A stretch of 63,939 nt of DNA, counting the filler, from Thraustochytrium aureum (lineage: Eukaryota): NCBI GenBank assembly GCA_012862495.1. It is 5 parts of 4 records of this genome, joined end to end, with 100 filler letters (N's around TTAATTAATTAA, not from the genome) between each part and the next. Parts side by side here need not be neighbours in the genome. Positions count along the whole stretch, not along the records: positions 1 to 25,493 come from BLSG01000245.1; 4 more parts are not named here. One strand, 5' to 3'. The position numbers were made by a program, and so were the translations under genes. Numbering within the stretch: position 1 is the stretch's first letter; each line of letters opens with the position of its first letter. This document shows positions 10,722 to 22,199 of the stretch, one piece after another. The notes below the pieces were generated by a model. That model worked only from the letters and a program-made list of their open reading frames with translations, had not been told where the DNA came from and ran no database searches.

Positions 10722-12426
10722 ATGGCGGAGGCGAGGGTGCATCCAAGCGGCGCCGGCCACGCGAAGAGCAGCCTCGCGCCCCCTGGAGCAACCGTGGCTG
10801 CCGGGCTGTTGCCTTGTAGCGGGGCAACCAGCGAGGGCAAGGAAATTGATGGCGCAGCGGCCTCAGTAAGATCAATCTGGCTACACGCCTTGACGATGAC
10901 GGCATGCCAGTGGACGACCTACCTTTGGTGCGCGGTCAACATCGGAATTGTGTTTGTTATCGAGGCGGCTGCAGTGACGCGAAGTGCCAAGCTCGCCTTC
11001 CTTTCCAGCCACGTCACCGTCTTGTACACCCTGCACTTTGCCTCTTGGATGAGCCGATTTGAGCCGCGGAGGCGCTGCTATAGGTTCTTGGCCGCCATCC
11101 CACTGGGGTTTTGTTTCGCTGTCCCGCTGCTGTGGTCACCGGACGTCGGTACCGCCCTGCCAGTGCACTGGTCGATCTACACAGCACTGAGCGTGGATCT
11201 CGGGCACTTTCTCAACACCCTGCTATTTTTTACGCTCGCGCCGGGTTCGACTGGTTGGCAAAGGCTCCTGATTTCTCTCGCGGTGAGCGTTGTGATTTTG
11301 TTTTCGGCAGTCGCGACGACGAGCTACACTCTGGTCGGGCTCGCGCTCAGGAAGGCCCCGGTCCACGTTGAAATCCTCGTCTCTGGGGTAGCCTACCCTT
11401 TTGTCATTGTGTAAGTCTCCGTTTCTGGGCGTCCCAAGGCGCACGCAATTCGTGCAACGAGCGCTGACAATTTCCCGCCTGGTTGCGCTGCCACAGGCTC
11501 CTCGGACGCGTTGTGCTCGTTGACGCATGTAAGTTGGTTTCGGCGACGCGCGCGCGACCCAGAAAAACGCAAGGCGCGAAGCTGACCCTGACACCTGCGC
11601 GCTTGCACTGCGCCCACAGTGACGTTCGTGCTGCACCGCATTTTCCCTTCAATTAACGAGCGCGACGCGGTCAGATGGCTTGTCCGGAACTGCAAGGTGG
11701 CCTTCTTCTTCAGCGGCCAGCTCGTGGTTTTCTGGATCTCGTCCTTCGACGGGTTTTGCAGCGCTCTCGCAATGTCCGTCGCGGCCGACGTCGCTGGACT
11801 GGCCATCAAAGCGTCTTTCGCAAAGCGCGTTGACAAGGAGCGGGCGGCTCAGCACCTTTCGCCCTCGCCACTGGTATTGGCGGGGCCGACCCGCAAGCCG
11901 GCTGCTGTGGGTGCGAAATCGGCATCGGTTGCGCCTTCTCACCAGGCCGCTGAGTCGGGAATCAAAAGGTCGGTCACGAGAATCTCAGTAAACGATTGGC
12001 TAAGCCACCTGAAGCACGGGAGCCTCGTGGACAAGCTCAGGTTTCACTACCAGGAAGAAGAGGTCGCTGAGAAGTCGCTCTGCTTCTCCCTTTGCCTCAT
12101 CGCGGTGCTCTGGCACTGGCAAATCAGAGGCCTTGCAATGAACTCGGATCTCGCTGCTCGTGTAGCGGTCTTTGTCCTGGCCGAGCATATCGAGAATTTC
12201 GCCAAGTAAGTTGAGTTTGCGAGCTTGCTCAGCGCGCGATTTCTCACGACCGCGTTGCTGACCGCCGTTCCCCAGGAACATGGTTTTTTGGGCGACGCAA
12301 TCTAAACCGTTTCTCAAAAAATGCAAGGTAGCCAGCGTCAGGGACGGCATGGAGGCCAGCAGCACGCTGGCCATCTTGTTGACAATGTGCCTTGTTCTGC
12401 GCTTGGTCACCGGCTTTGAAGTGTGA
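10722..12426 (+). CDS. Orphan multi-pass membrane protein, tandem copy 3 (3 introns, 32-nt exon 11497-11528)
   Basis: Same motifs and introns; appears frame-intact; ends LRLVTGFEV*. Confidence 0.82.
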
Positions 12427-12907
12427 AGCTTTGAGTCCAAGCAAACGCCGATCTGCTCCCACTGTATGTTCATCGCCGCTGGCCGGCCTCGTCCCCGCTG
12501 AATGGCCATATCTATCTATCTCTCTACGAGCGGGCAGCAGTTCCACCACGACCAGATCTTCCCGCGAGGGGCTCGTGCCGTCCATTGAAAAACTGCGGGT
12601 GAAAATCTTCACGAGCGGGAGCTCACGAACCACAAGCTTGCCGCGCCGCTCGATGAACGCCTCCTGTGCCATTCGCATACGATTGCTGAGCAGCCATGCG
12701 ACGTGCCCGGCCGGTCGACAAGTCCCTCCAGCGTCTTGGCGGGATCTGAACAAGCCTGTGCGCATGCACAATATCGCAGCCCAGCGCGACATCAAGTCAT
12801 TCCGGGTCCGATGGGAACCGCCGCGTTCTACAATCAGCCTGGTCTGATGCCTGGCGGCCCACACGTCTACGCGAGGCTGCCAAGCCACACGGCGGCGCAC
12901 GGGGGGT

Positions 12908-13091
12908 CTTCACGGACCACGACGTGGACCTGCAAGACTTGATCGAGGCCGTCCCGCTCGCCCAGCGTCCATCGCGAGGCTGGCAAGCGACACGAGACCA
13001 CGATTCCTGGCGCCCCACCCACGCAGGCCTTCACGGACCACGACGTGGACCTGCAAGACTTGATCGAGGACGCCCCGCTCGCCCAGCGTCC
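12908..13091 (+). repeat. ~121-bp direct repeat running into a gap
   Basis: cttcacggaccacgacgtggacctgcaagacttgatcgagg...cccgctcgcccagcgtcc occurs at ~12908 and ~13029. Confidence 0.8.
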
Positions 13092-13875
13092 NNNNNNNNN
13101 NNNNNNNNNNNNNNNNNNNNNNNNNNNNNNNNNNNNNNNNNNNNNNNNNNNNNNNNNNNNNNNNNNNNNNNNNNNNNNNNNNNNNNNNNNNNNNNNNNNN
13201 NNNNNNNNNNNNNNNNNNNNNNNNNNNNNNNNNNNNNNNNNNNNNNNNNNNNNNNNNNNNNNNNNNNNNNNNNNNNNNNNNNNNNNNNNNNNNNNNNNNN
13301 NNNNNNNNNNNNNNNNNNNNNNNNNNNNNNNNNNNNNNNNNNNNNNNNNNNNNNNNNNNNNNNNNNNNNNNNNNNNNNNNNNNNNNNNNNNNNNNNNNNN
13401 NNNNNNNNNNNNNNNNNNNNNNNNNNNNNNNNNNNNNNNNNNNNNNNNNNNNNNNNNNNNNNNNNNNNNNNNNNNNNNNNNNNNNNNNNNNNNNNNNNNN
13501 NNNNNNNNNNNNNNNNNNNNNNNNNNNNNNNNNNNNNNNNNNNNNNNNNNNNNNNNNNNNNNNNNNNNNNNNNNNNNNNNNNNNNNNNNNNNNNNNNNNN
13601 NNNNNNNNNNNNNNNNNNNNNNNNNNNNNNNNNNNNNNNNNNNNNNNNNNNNNNNNNNNNNNNNNNNNNNNNNNNNNNNNNNNNNNNNNNNNNNNNNNNN
13701 NNNNNNNNNNNNNNNNNNNNNNNNNNNNNNNNNNNNNNNNNNNNNNNNNNNNNNNNNNNNNNNNNNNNNNNNNNNNNNNNNNNNNNNNNNNNNNNNNNNN
13801 NNNNNNNNNNNNNNNNNNNNNNNNNNNNNNNNNNNNNNNNNNNNNNNNNNNNNNNNNNNNNNNNNNNNNNNNNNN

Positions 13876-14295
13876 CTGCACCACGACGGGGAGTGCGACG
13901 CCGCTCTTTGAGGCCAGGTGGGTCCGCGACGGGGCTCACATAAACGCAGTGGGCTCCTACCAGCCGCACACGAGCGAGCTGCCGCCGCAGGTCGTGCAGA
14001 AGGCCCGCACGCTTTGTATCGACACCGATGCAGCATGGGGGCCGGCGACCTCGGGGTGCCCCTCGCCTCCGGGCTCGTGAGCCGAGACAGCGCCATCACC
14101 CTCGGCAAGCTGGTTGGACTGCAAGCTGCTGGCCATGCTTCCGAGCTGCCCGCAGCGGCGGGGCCAGGCGAATCTCGCGTGACCTTGTTCAAGTCTGTGG
14201 GCACGGCGGTGCAAGACATCGTGACGGCGCAGCAGGTTTTTCAGCAGAGCCTGCAGCGCCCCGATATCGGGCAACGCATCCAGTTTGACACCTAG
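13876..14295 (+). CDS. Ornithine cyclodeaminase / mu-crystallin family protein, 3' part (5' part in gap; frameshift near 14040)
   Basis: CTTTGSATPLFEARWVRDGAHINAVGSYQPHTSELP then GDLGVPL...VTLFKSVGTAVQDIVTA, the characteristic OCD/CRYM C-terminal motifs. Confidence 0.88.
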
Positions 14296-14450
14296 CCGGG
14301 CGCCGCGCTCTGCACCACGAGTTTTTGCCAACCACGTTTCTCAAAAGGACGCCTCTTTGTAGACTGTTTCTTTCTAAAGAGTTTCTCACACGCAGCGGGT
14401 AGAGTACGCGACTGCAGAGCATCAAAGGCCCGCGCAAGCAAGCTGCGGAC

Positions 14451-15910
14451 TCATGCGCTGAAAAGCGACGAAAAGAGCTGCTCCGTGTCCACCGGGGCCT
14501 CCATTGGTGGCTTGGGCGAGACAAAGTTGACCAGCTTGTCGTGCACAACATACTTGATCTTGCGGCCCTTTGAGGCCCGCGTGTCCACCACGCGCTTGCT
14601 CTTTTGCTTCGCCCGGACGACCTTGCGGCGCAGGCGCTCTTGCACGGCCTCGTCCTCCACCTCGGAAACGCGAAGCGCGTTTGTGGCTGAGGTCGCACTA
14701 ACAAACCCAATCAAAAGCTCCTGGTAGAACGACTGATCGCTGTACACTTGGTCGTCAAAGACGCGCGCGGCCGAGCTCTTGGCCGCGCCATCTGTTCCGT
14801 TCGCAGCCCGCGCCTCGACTTTAGCAGTTGATGTAGCTCGCTCGCCTATGGGAAGCACGTCCACGGAGCGCAGTTGCGAGCGATGTAGCACTGCTTCGCC
14901 GCCCGCCAGAACATCTTCCACCTGCGCAGTAATGACCTTGTTCACGGCCTTGAGCTTGCTCTGCCGCGCGCCGATGTTGGTCTCCCGGTGCCACAGGTCC
15001 AGCGTCGCACCATACGACTTGAAGGCCGCATCGTTGCCCTCCGCGACAGCAGCCCACGCCTCGTGCACGCTCAGCTTGCCCAGGTCTGGTCGCGAAACTT
15101 TGCTCGGTGACCCGCCAGAAACCTCGCGTAGCTCCAGGAGCCTGTCGAGTACTGCCCGAGCGCCTTCTGCAGCGCCCTGCGCGGCCTGGCTTGCCGGTTC
15201 TCCTCCCGCGGCGAGGATTTCGTCGAATTGTTTCGGGCGCGGGAATCTCTCGGCGGCGGTCAAGAGCGCCTGCATGCGGATGCGAAACCCGACCAGCTCG
15301 CTCCACAGCGACACTTGGTTCTTGACGTGCTGCGGGTCTTGCCTCGGGCGCTTAGGTTTAGCCCGCAGAGCAAAGCCCTCGCTGTCGCCCTCTTCTGCGC
15401 TCAGCATGGCCTCGCTCTCGCTCTCGTCACCACTTGCACTGTTCTCCCCTTGGCTGTCGCTGTCGCCGCCGTCGCCCTCCGCGTCCGAGCCAGAGTCGAT
15501 GAGGTCGGCCAAACGCGCCGCCGCGGCCGCCGCGAAGGCAAACTCTGCTGGCCCTTCGCGACGGGGCCGTCCAGGCTCTCGACGCTCTCGCCTCCATCGC
15601 CCTCGGCGGCGCCGTCGCCTTCGTCCTCGCTGCCGCTATCCTCCAAACCAAAGAGTTCGCCGCGGGACACCGACCTGCCAGAGTACCGTGGATCGCTCGC
15701 GACCGTGTCCACGGCGCTCCGAAGCTTGCGCCCTTCTGGAGCGCGTCGAACCTCCTCTGGGTCGTCATCGACGCGGCTTGCCCGGCGCCCTCCATCGCTG
15801 CTGCTATCATCGGCATCACGAGCGGCGCCAAAGTCCTCGAGCTCCGGACCAACGCTCTTTGGCGCAGCCCGGTTGAGCCGCCTGAGCTCCTTGGCCAAGG
15901 ACGAGCTCAT
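14451..15910 (-). CDS. AATF: AATF/Che-1/Bfr2 ribosome biogenesis factor; frameshift near 15525
   Basis: DPRYSGRSVSR, HVKNQVSLWSELVGFRIRMQALL, VYSDQSFYQELL, and C-terminal VDTRASKGRKIKYVVHDKLVNFVSP...LFSSLF. Confidence 0.92.
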
Positions 15911-15959
15911 GGCGCCCGAGCAGCGGCGAGCCTCGCCTGCCAAGCACCACTGCGGTCCG

Positions 15960-16043
15960 AGGCGCCACGGGCGCGCAGAGCGATCGTCCTGGAGGCGCAG
16001 TGCGTGGCGCCACGGGCGCGCAGAACGACCGTCCTGGAGGCGC
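15960..16043. repeat. Two-copy ~45-bp direct repeat upstream of AATF
   Basis: ggcgccacgggcgcgcaga.cga.cgtcctggaggcgc occurs twice. Confidence 0.7.
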
Positions 16044-17097
16044 CGGCGTCGCCGAGTCCAAGTCGGCGCGAGGGATCCCGCCGGGATTCGACCGCCGCGC
16101 GCGCAGCACAAGCCGCAGGAACAAGCAAGCGGGAGCACGAGCAAGCACANNNNNNNNNNNNNNNNNNNNNNNNNNNNNNNNNNNNNNNNNNNNNNNNNNN
16201 NNNNNNNNNNNNNNNNNNNNNNNNNNNNNNNNNNNNNNNNNNNNNNNNNNNNNNNNNNNNNNNNNNNNNNNNNNNNNNNNNNNNNNNNNNNNNNNNNNNN
16301 NNNNNNNNNNNNNNNNNNNNNNNNNNNNNNNNNNNNNNNNNNNNNNNNNNNNGCTGGCAGCAGCGGCAGCAGCGGCAGCAGCGGCAGCAGCGGCGCGGTG
16401 GACCGGCCGGCCGGTCGTCGGTGGCTTGCCGCAAGCGCCAAGGTCGACGACCTCAAAAAGGCAACAAGGGCCAGCAGAAAGCGTTCTGCACAGTCCCTGA
16501 AATTCAGTAATTAGCAAGAAGAGCGAGCGGCTGGACACTCTTGACTGGCGCGTCACTTTGGGGGAAGTCGTGACGTGACCGCGGGAGGCTGTCCGCGCGG
16601 TTTGAAAATCGAGTTCTCGTCAATTTAGGGGTGCATTGGTGTCGTGAGCGGAGCGGGAGGGGCCCTCTGTGGGGATTCTCGTCATCTCGGGGTTACGTGA
16701 CGTAAGTGGCGCGGAGCACGCGTCAGTTTGTCCGCACGTGACGCAGCTCGGCTAGAACTATTGAATGTGGAATAAATACTAAATTTCAATACATGATCTT
16801 GACGACGTGGCAGTTTCAATAGTGAGTCGCGCCAAGCAGAGCGGCAACGGCCCTGGCGAGGCGTGCTCGAGGCGGCGGCCATCCGTCGATCCATCCGCTG
16901 CGGGGTCCTTGACGCGCGGCTCGGGTGCCACTGGCTACGGCTGCCGGCCCGGCCCTGCGGCGCGCGCGGCCGCGTCGCGATCGGCGCGGAACTCGCCGAA
17001 ATCGACCATTTGGCGCCTTGTTGAGGTGGCTCGCGCTCTCTGAGGTGTTGGGCCCGGGTCTGACCTGGGTCTGGCAGCGCTCGCTGCTCAGCTGGGC

Positions 17098-20000
17098 ATG
17101 GACAGCACTCGCGGACGAGCAAAGGCGAACGATGCCGACGGCACGAACGCGTCAGTGGCTGCTTTCTCGCGGCATGGAGACGAGGATGATGTCGAGTCGA
17201 AGCGCGGCGACGTCGGAAAGCACCTCGCCGCTGACCAGCTTGCACTGATGGAGACGCGGTTCAGGGAGCGGTACGCAGTTCTGAAAGAAATCTACGAGAC
17301 TCGGCTCGTCCGTGTCACCAAGAGGGTGCGAGACGTGCAGGTCGTCCTCGAGAGCGACCCCGTCCTCGAAAAGATGCGCTCCGACTCGACGACGGCCCCT
17401 TTCGCGCCGGCGCGCTCGCAGGAGATCGCTGTCGAGGCCCTCGCGGAGGAGCGCGAAGAGGAGATCGTGCAGCTGGCAGAGCAGCTAGCCCTAGTGTCGG
17501 CCGAACTCAGTGCCATGCAAGAGGCCAACCGCAGGACAGAGTCGCAACGCCGGTCTGCCATCCGCAGGTTGCGGCAAGCCATGCAAGAGAATGAGGCGCT
17601 CCTAGAGCGTCTCGAACACGCCGCGCACGTGGTTCAGTCCCACGAGACGCGCTGGGCTGAAACACAGGCGCAGCAGATGAAAGAAAAGGAAGCCCTGCGA
17701 GGCGCCCTGCGGCGGCTCGCGCACGCGATGAAGCGGTCCAACCTGGCATCGTCTTCGCCGTCCTCCGGCAGAGTCCGCGACGACGACAGGGCTTCTCGCG
17801 AGTCAGAGGTCGAGAGCGCGTCGTCCGGCTCAGACCTCGACGAGCTCATGGACTTGGGCGCGGAGGAAGGAGCCTTGCGAGGGAGCAAGCTCCTGCTCCG
17901 GGCGTGCGAGCGTCTCGGAGCGCTGGAGAAGCGCGCAAGACGCGCCCGGTCGAGCCGCGACAAAGGAACGGTGGTTGAGGTTCGCCGTCTTCGAACCGTT
18001 GTGGCAGAGCGCGAAACGCGATCGCGACGCTGGAGCAAAGGCTCGCTCGAGAAGTCGACCAGCGAGCGGCAGGGAAAGAGGACCTGGCAAAGGCGCACGC
18101 GGCCCTCCGGAAAAGCGAGGAGGACCGCCTCGAGCTTCGTGAGCAGTACATGGCGATAGGGGCCAAGCTGGAGCGAATTGTGGCCGCTGGCGAAGAACAG
18201 ACGCGGCGCGAGGCGGACGTGTTTCGTGCAAAGCTTGAAGACGCCGAGGCAAGGTGCAGGCACTATGTGGGCCAGAGCGAGCGGCTCCAGGGGGAGCTCA
18301 ATTCGCTGACGCTCAAAAGTGAGCGCAAGGAGGCAAGGGTCGCTGAACTTGAAGACAAGCTCGCCCAAGCAAAGCGCGAGGCCAGCGACCGCCTCGACAG
18401 CACAGGGCGAGCGCACAAGCAAGAGCTTGAGGCCGAGCGTTTCAAGGCCAAGCACCTCGCGGAGCGGCTCGAAGAGCTCCAGCGCGAGTCGACAGCCAAA
18501 CTGCAGCAGGCACAGCTTCAGGCCGCAGAGGCGCTCCGCCGCGCCACGGCCGAGCGCACCAAATGGGACTCTGAGAAGGACAAGCAGCTGCGCGACTTTC
18601 AAGCCAAGCTTGAAGGGCAGTTCCAGCGTTTGCTGGACGCCAAGCAGAGCGAGCTGGACAGCGCGCTGAGCATGCGCACTGCAGAGCTCGAGCGCAAGCA
18701 GGACGAGGCCGACCGCATCGAGCGAGTCGTGGCCGTGCGCACCCAGCAGCTCCTGAAAGACCACATCTCGCTCGAGCAGCATCGAGACATCCTCGAGCGG
18801 CAGCTCGCAAGCGCGCAGCAGCACACGGCGGCGCTGTCAGGCGAGGCGCACAAACAAGCGAAAGAGGATACGCTCTCCGCGGCGCAGCTAGCCGAGGACC
18901 GCGTCAAAGCCGCGTTCGAGGCCCGGCTCGAGGCAGCCAACCAGGACAAGCGCGCCCTGGAAATGCAGCTGAAAAGGTCCGCCGCGAGAACAGCGAGATG
19001 GACAAGGCGCTAGAAGAAGACCGGCGCAGCCTCGTCGGCCTGCGGCACGCTCTGGAAGAGTCCCGCGACAAGCGAAAAGCTCTTGCCAGAAACCTCGAGC
19101 AGGCGCTTGGCAACCTCGGACGCCTCAAGGACATGGTACGCGCGGAGCGGACCAAAGCTGCGGAGACGCAGGCTGCCGCGCAGGCGGCCTGGGCATCTGA
19201 GCGGAGCTCGCTACGCGAGGAGCTTGCGCGCGTTCAGGCAGAGCTGCGAGCCAAGCAGGCCGAGTTTTCAACTTTGGACCGCGAGAGCTTGGTCGCCAGG
19301 AACGAGCTCGAGCACCAGCTCCGCGTCGCCACGCTCAGCTCGAAGGATGCGCAGAGTGGCACGGCCCAGCAACTGGCAGAGCTTCGTGTCGAGCACGACC
19401 GCCTTCTGCAGGACGTGGCGAGCCGAAAAGAAACCGAGCTAGAACTTGTCCGCAGCGCGCTCAACCACGAAAAGGAGATGCTCAAGCTGCAGGCCGACGC
19501 CGCAGTAGCACAGGCGCGTGCGCGGCTGCAGGAAACCGCGAACGAGCTCGCCACTGCGCTAGCCGAGCGCGATCAGGCCAGATCGCAAGGGGCAGAGCTC
19601 GCAAAAGGCTAGAGGTGCAAGCTGCAAAGCTCCAGAACGCCATGCACCGTGTCTCCGAGCTTGAAAAGGAGCGGGCCGATCTCCGCGCGAGGCTTGACCG
19701 CGAACAGGCACTTCAACAAAGGGCCAAGGAGGGGAGCCGAGGCGGCGCGGCGGCTCGCCAGCGCGTCGCTTCGGAAGCCCAGTCCGTGCGATCGAGCTGG
19801 ACCGCTCTCGCTGGCGAGCTCCGACGCCAACTGGAAGGCTCGCAGCGCGACCTGCTTCACACCAGCGCGCAATTCACGAGGCGATACGCGTCGAGGTGCA
19901 AAGGCACGCTTTCGAGCTCCAGAGCCAGGCAAAAGAGATCGAGGCCGCGCACAGGACGCGCGAGGAGACCCCTCCTGTCGGACAAGAGGCACTTGGAGGC

Positions 20001-21573
20001 GAAGGTGGCAGACTTGGAAGAGCGCGCCAGCGGCGCGCAGTCGACCAGCAAGCAAGAGGCCGCAGAGTCGCGCGCCGAGCTCGTTGGCGCCCTGAGCCGC
20101 GCGAGCGAGCTGGGCCGCGCGCTCGAGCAGGCGGTGGAATCTCTGGCTGAGACCCGGGAGCGCGAGAGCCGCCTCTCCAGCGAGTTGGCCTCAGCGCGGG
20201 CTGCCGAGTCGGACGCCCTCGCAGCAGCAGCCGAAGCCAAAGCCCGCGCCGCGGCGCTCGACAAGCAGCTCGATGCCCGCGAGTCGAGCTTTCTCGCTCT
20301 GCTAGCTGCCTTCCGCGGCAAGATCCCTCTGCCACAGCAGTGCATGGACGACATTGTCGACGCCCAGCGCTTTGCGACCCACGGCCTTCACCAACTACAT
20401 GCCGCGCTGGACGCGGCGCTGAAAGAGCACGGCGCGAGGGCGGCCGACGAAGCGGCCGCGCAAGCTGCTGCAGCGGTGGAGCGCTTGGCGTCGGCCCAGA
20501 AGGAGCTCGCCAAGGCCAGGGACAAGGTTGCTGCGCTGGAAGCGGACCGGTCCAATCTCCAGGAGCGGGCTTCGCGGCTGGAGCGCCGCCTAGACGAGGT
20601 CAAAGAGCGCCTCGGCGACGAGGCCTCCTCGAACGCAGTCTGGCAGCAAAAGCTGCAGGCGCTTGAAGACCAGCTTGAGCGCGAGAGCAGGCACCACCGC
20701 GAGCAGCAGCAAGAGACTGCGCGCCAGGTTGACTCGACGCTGGCAGAGCTCAAGGCGTCCCACGCGGAGCAAATCCGGGCGCTGGAGGACGAGTTGCGCC
20801 GCTCGGAGGAAAGTAGCAAGGCCCGTATTGAGCGCGAGAAGGCGCGTGTGGAACGGGAGAAGGCGCGGTNNNNNNNNNNNNNNNNNNNNNNNNNNNNNNN
20901 NNNNNNNNNNNNNNNNNNNNNNNNNNNNNNNNNNNNNNNNNNNNNNNNNNNNNNNNNNNNNNNNNNNNNNNNNNNNNNNNNNNNNNNNNNNNNNNNNNNN
21001 NNNNNNNNNNNNNNNNNNNNNNNNNNNNNNNNNNNNNNNNNNNNNNNNNNNNNNNNNNNNNNNNNNNNNNNNNNNNNNNNNNNNNNNNNNNNNNNNNNNA
21101 CTGCGCGCTCGATCAGTTCTGGGCCTTCGTCCTTCGTCCCTACCTACGGGATGCGCTCGGTGGGTTCGCTGCCGTCGCCGAGCGGGCCACGCTCGCCCGG
21201 CGGGGCCCACGATCAGTCGGAATTTCAGCGCCTCTTGCAGCGCTCCGCTGCGCTAGACTCTGCCGCCAAGGAGCTCCTTCGTGTGGAGCGCCGGGGCGCT
21301 GATGCTGCGGCGCTCCCTTTCGCCCCAGAGTCTTCGTGGCCAGACGGTGGAGGGCTCGTGCGCCACCGCGCGCCGTCCGTTGCAATGACTACTGTTTCGA
21401 CTCCTCGCTCGTCCAGCATGGGGAGGTCGACGGCCTCGCCCGCATCCGTTCGCACAGCGCACAGAATCAGAAGCAATCGGGGGGTTACGGTTTCCATAGA
21501 TGCTGCTCCGTCTGGCGAGTTGCGCGCCGTGCACATCTCGAGCCCGACATCGAGTGCGGGCGACAGCTCCTGA
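17098..21573 (+). CDS. Very large coiled-coil protein (cytoskeletal/centrosomal-like), broken by several apparent frameshifts and a gap
   Basis: Abutting ORFs 17098-18159, 18150-19013, 18998-19612 and 19615-21573 are all E/R/A/L/Q-rich heptad sequence, with a Ser/Pro-rich tail. Confidence 0.75.
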
Positions 21574-21773
21574 AGAGGGGGTTCCTCGTGTGCGTCACCG
21601 GGCGGACCGCGAGGGTCTTCGTCCCAACTCGAGCTATAGCTCTAGAGCAAGATAGAAAGGCCTTTTGATAGCTAGCGCCGCGTTGGCTCGCGCCGCGTAG
21701 CTTTAGAAGCAAGCAAAATGTACCAGCCGCCTGATGTCCGAGCCCGCGAAGTGCGCAGACGAGCGCCAAGCAC

Positions 21774-22080
21774 GCCAGCATCGGCGAGCATCCAGCGAGC
21801 TAGCTGGACCCGGCTGGCGGCTCTATGGCGGCCACGAGGTCGTGTCCAACTCGGGCAAAACCCACAGGAAAGCAGTGCAATTTTCTTTCAGCAAGACAGG
21901 AAGGGACTCGGACGAACACCAGGATGCCCGCCAGCATCGGCGAGCATCCAGCTAGCTAGCTGGACCCGGCTGGCCGGCCTCTATTGGCGGCCACGAGGTC
22001 GTGTCCAACTCGGGCAAAACCCTCAGGAAAGCAGTGCAATTTTTCTTTCAGCAAGACAGGAAGGGACTCGGACGAACACC
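21774..22080. repeat. Near-identical tandem duplication of ~155 bp
   Basis: gccagcatcggcgagcatccagc...cagcaagacaggaagggactcggacgaacacc at ~21774-21920 and ~21930-22080. Confidence 0.85.
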
Positions 22081-22199
22081 AAGCACGCCAGAATCGAGTG
22101 GCCGCGCCTCGAGCAGGCCCCGAACGCGCTCGGGCAAGTGACACGCGATGCGTCAGCAGCAGCAGGAGCAGCAGCAGGAGCGGCGACGCGAGGTTGTAG

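Noticed and set aside
19609..19615. Stop-codon readthrough in the coiled-coil gene
   Set aside because: The downstream ORF is in a different frame, and one extra A in the preceding run restores continuity.
21774..22080. ~155-bp tandem duplication as CRISPR array or LTR
   Set aside because: Only two copies, no spacers, no LTR termini. Differences are mostly single-base indels, so it is possibly a mis-merged overlap.
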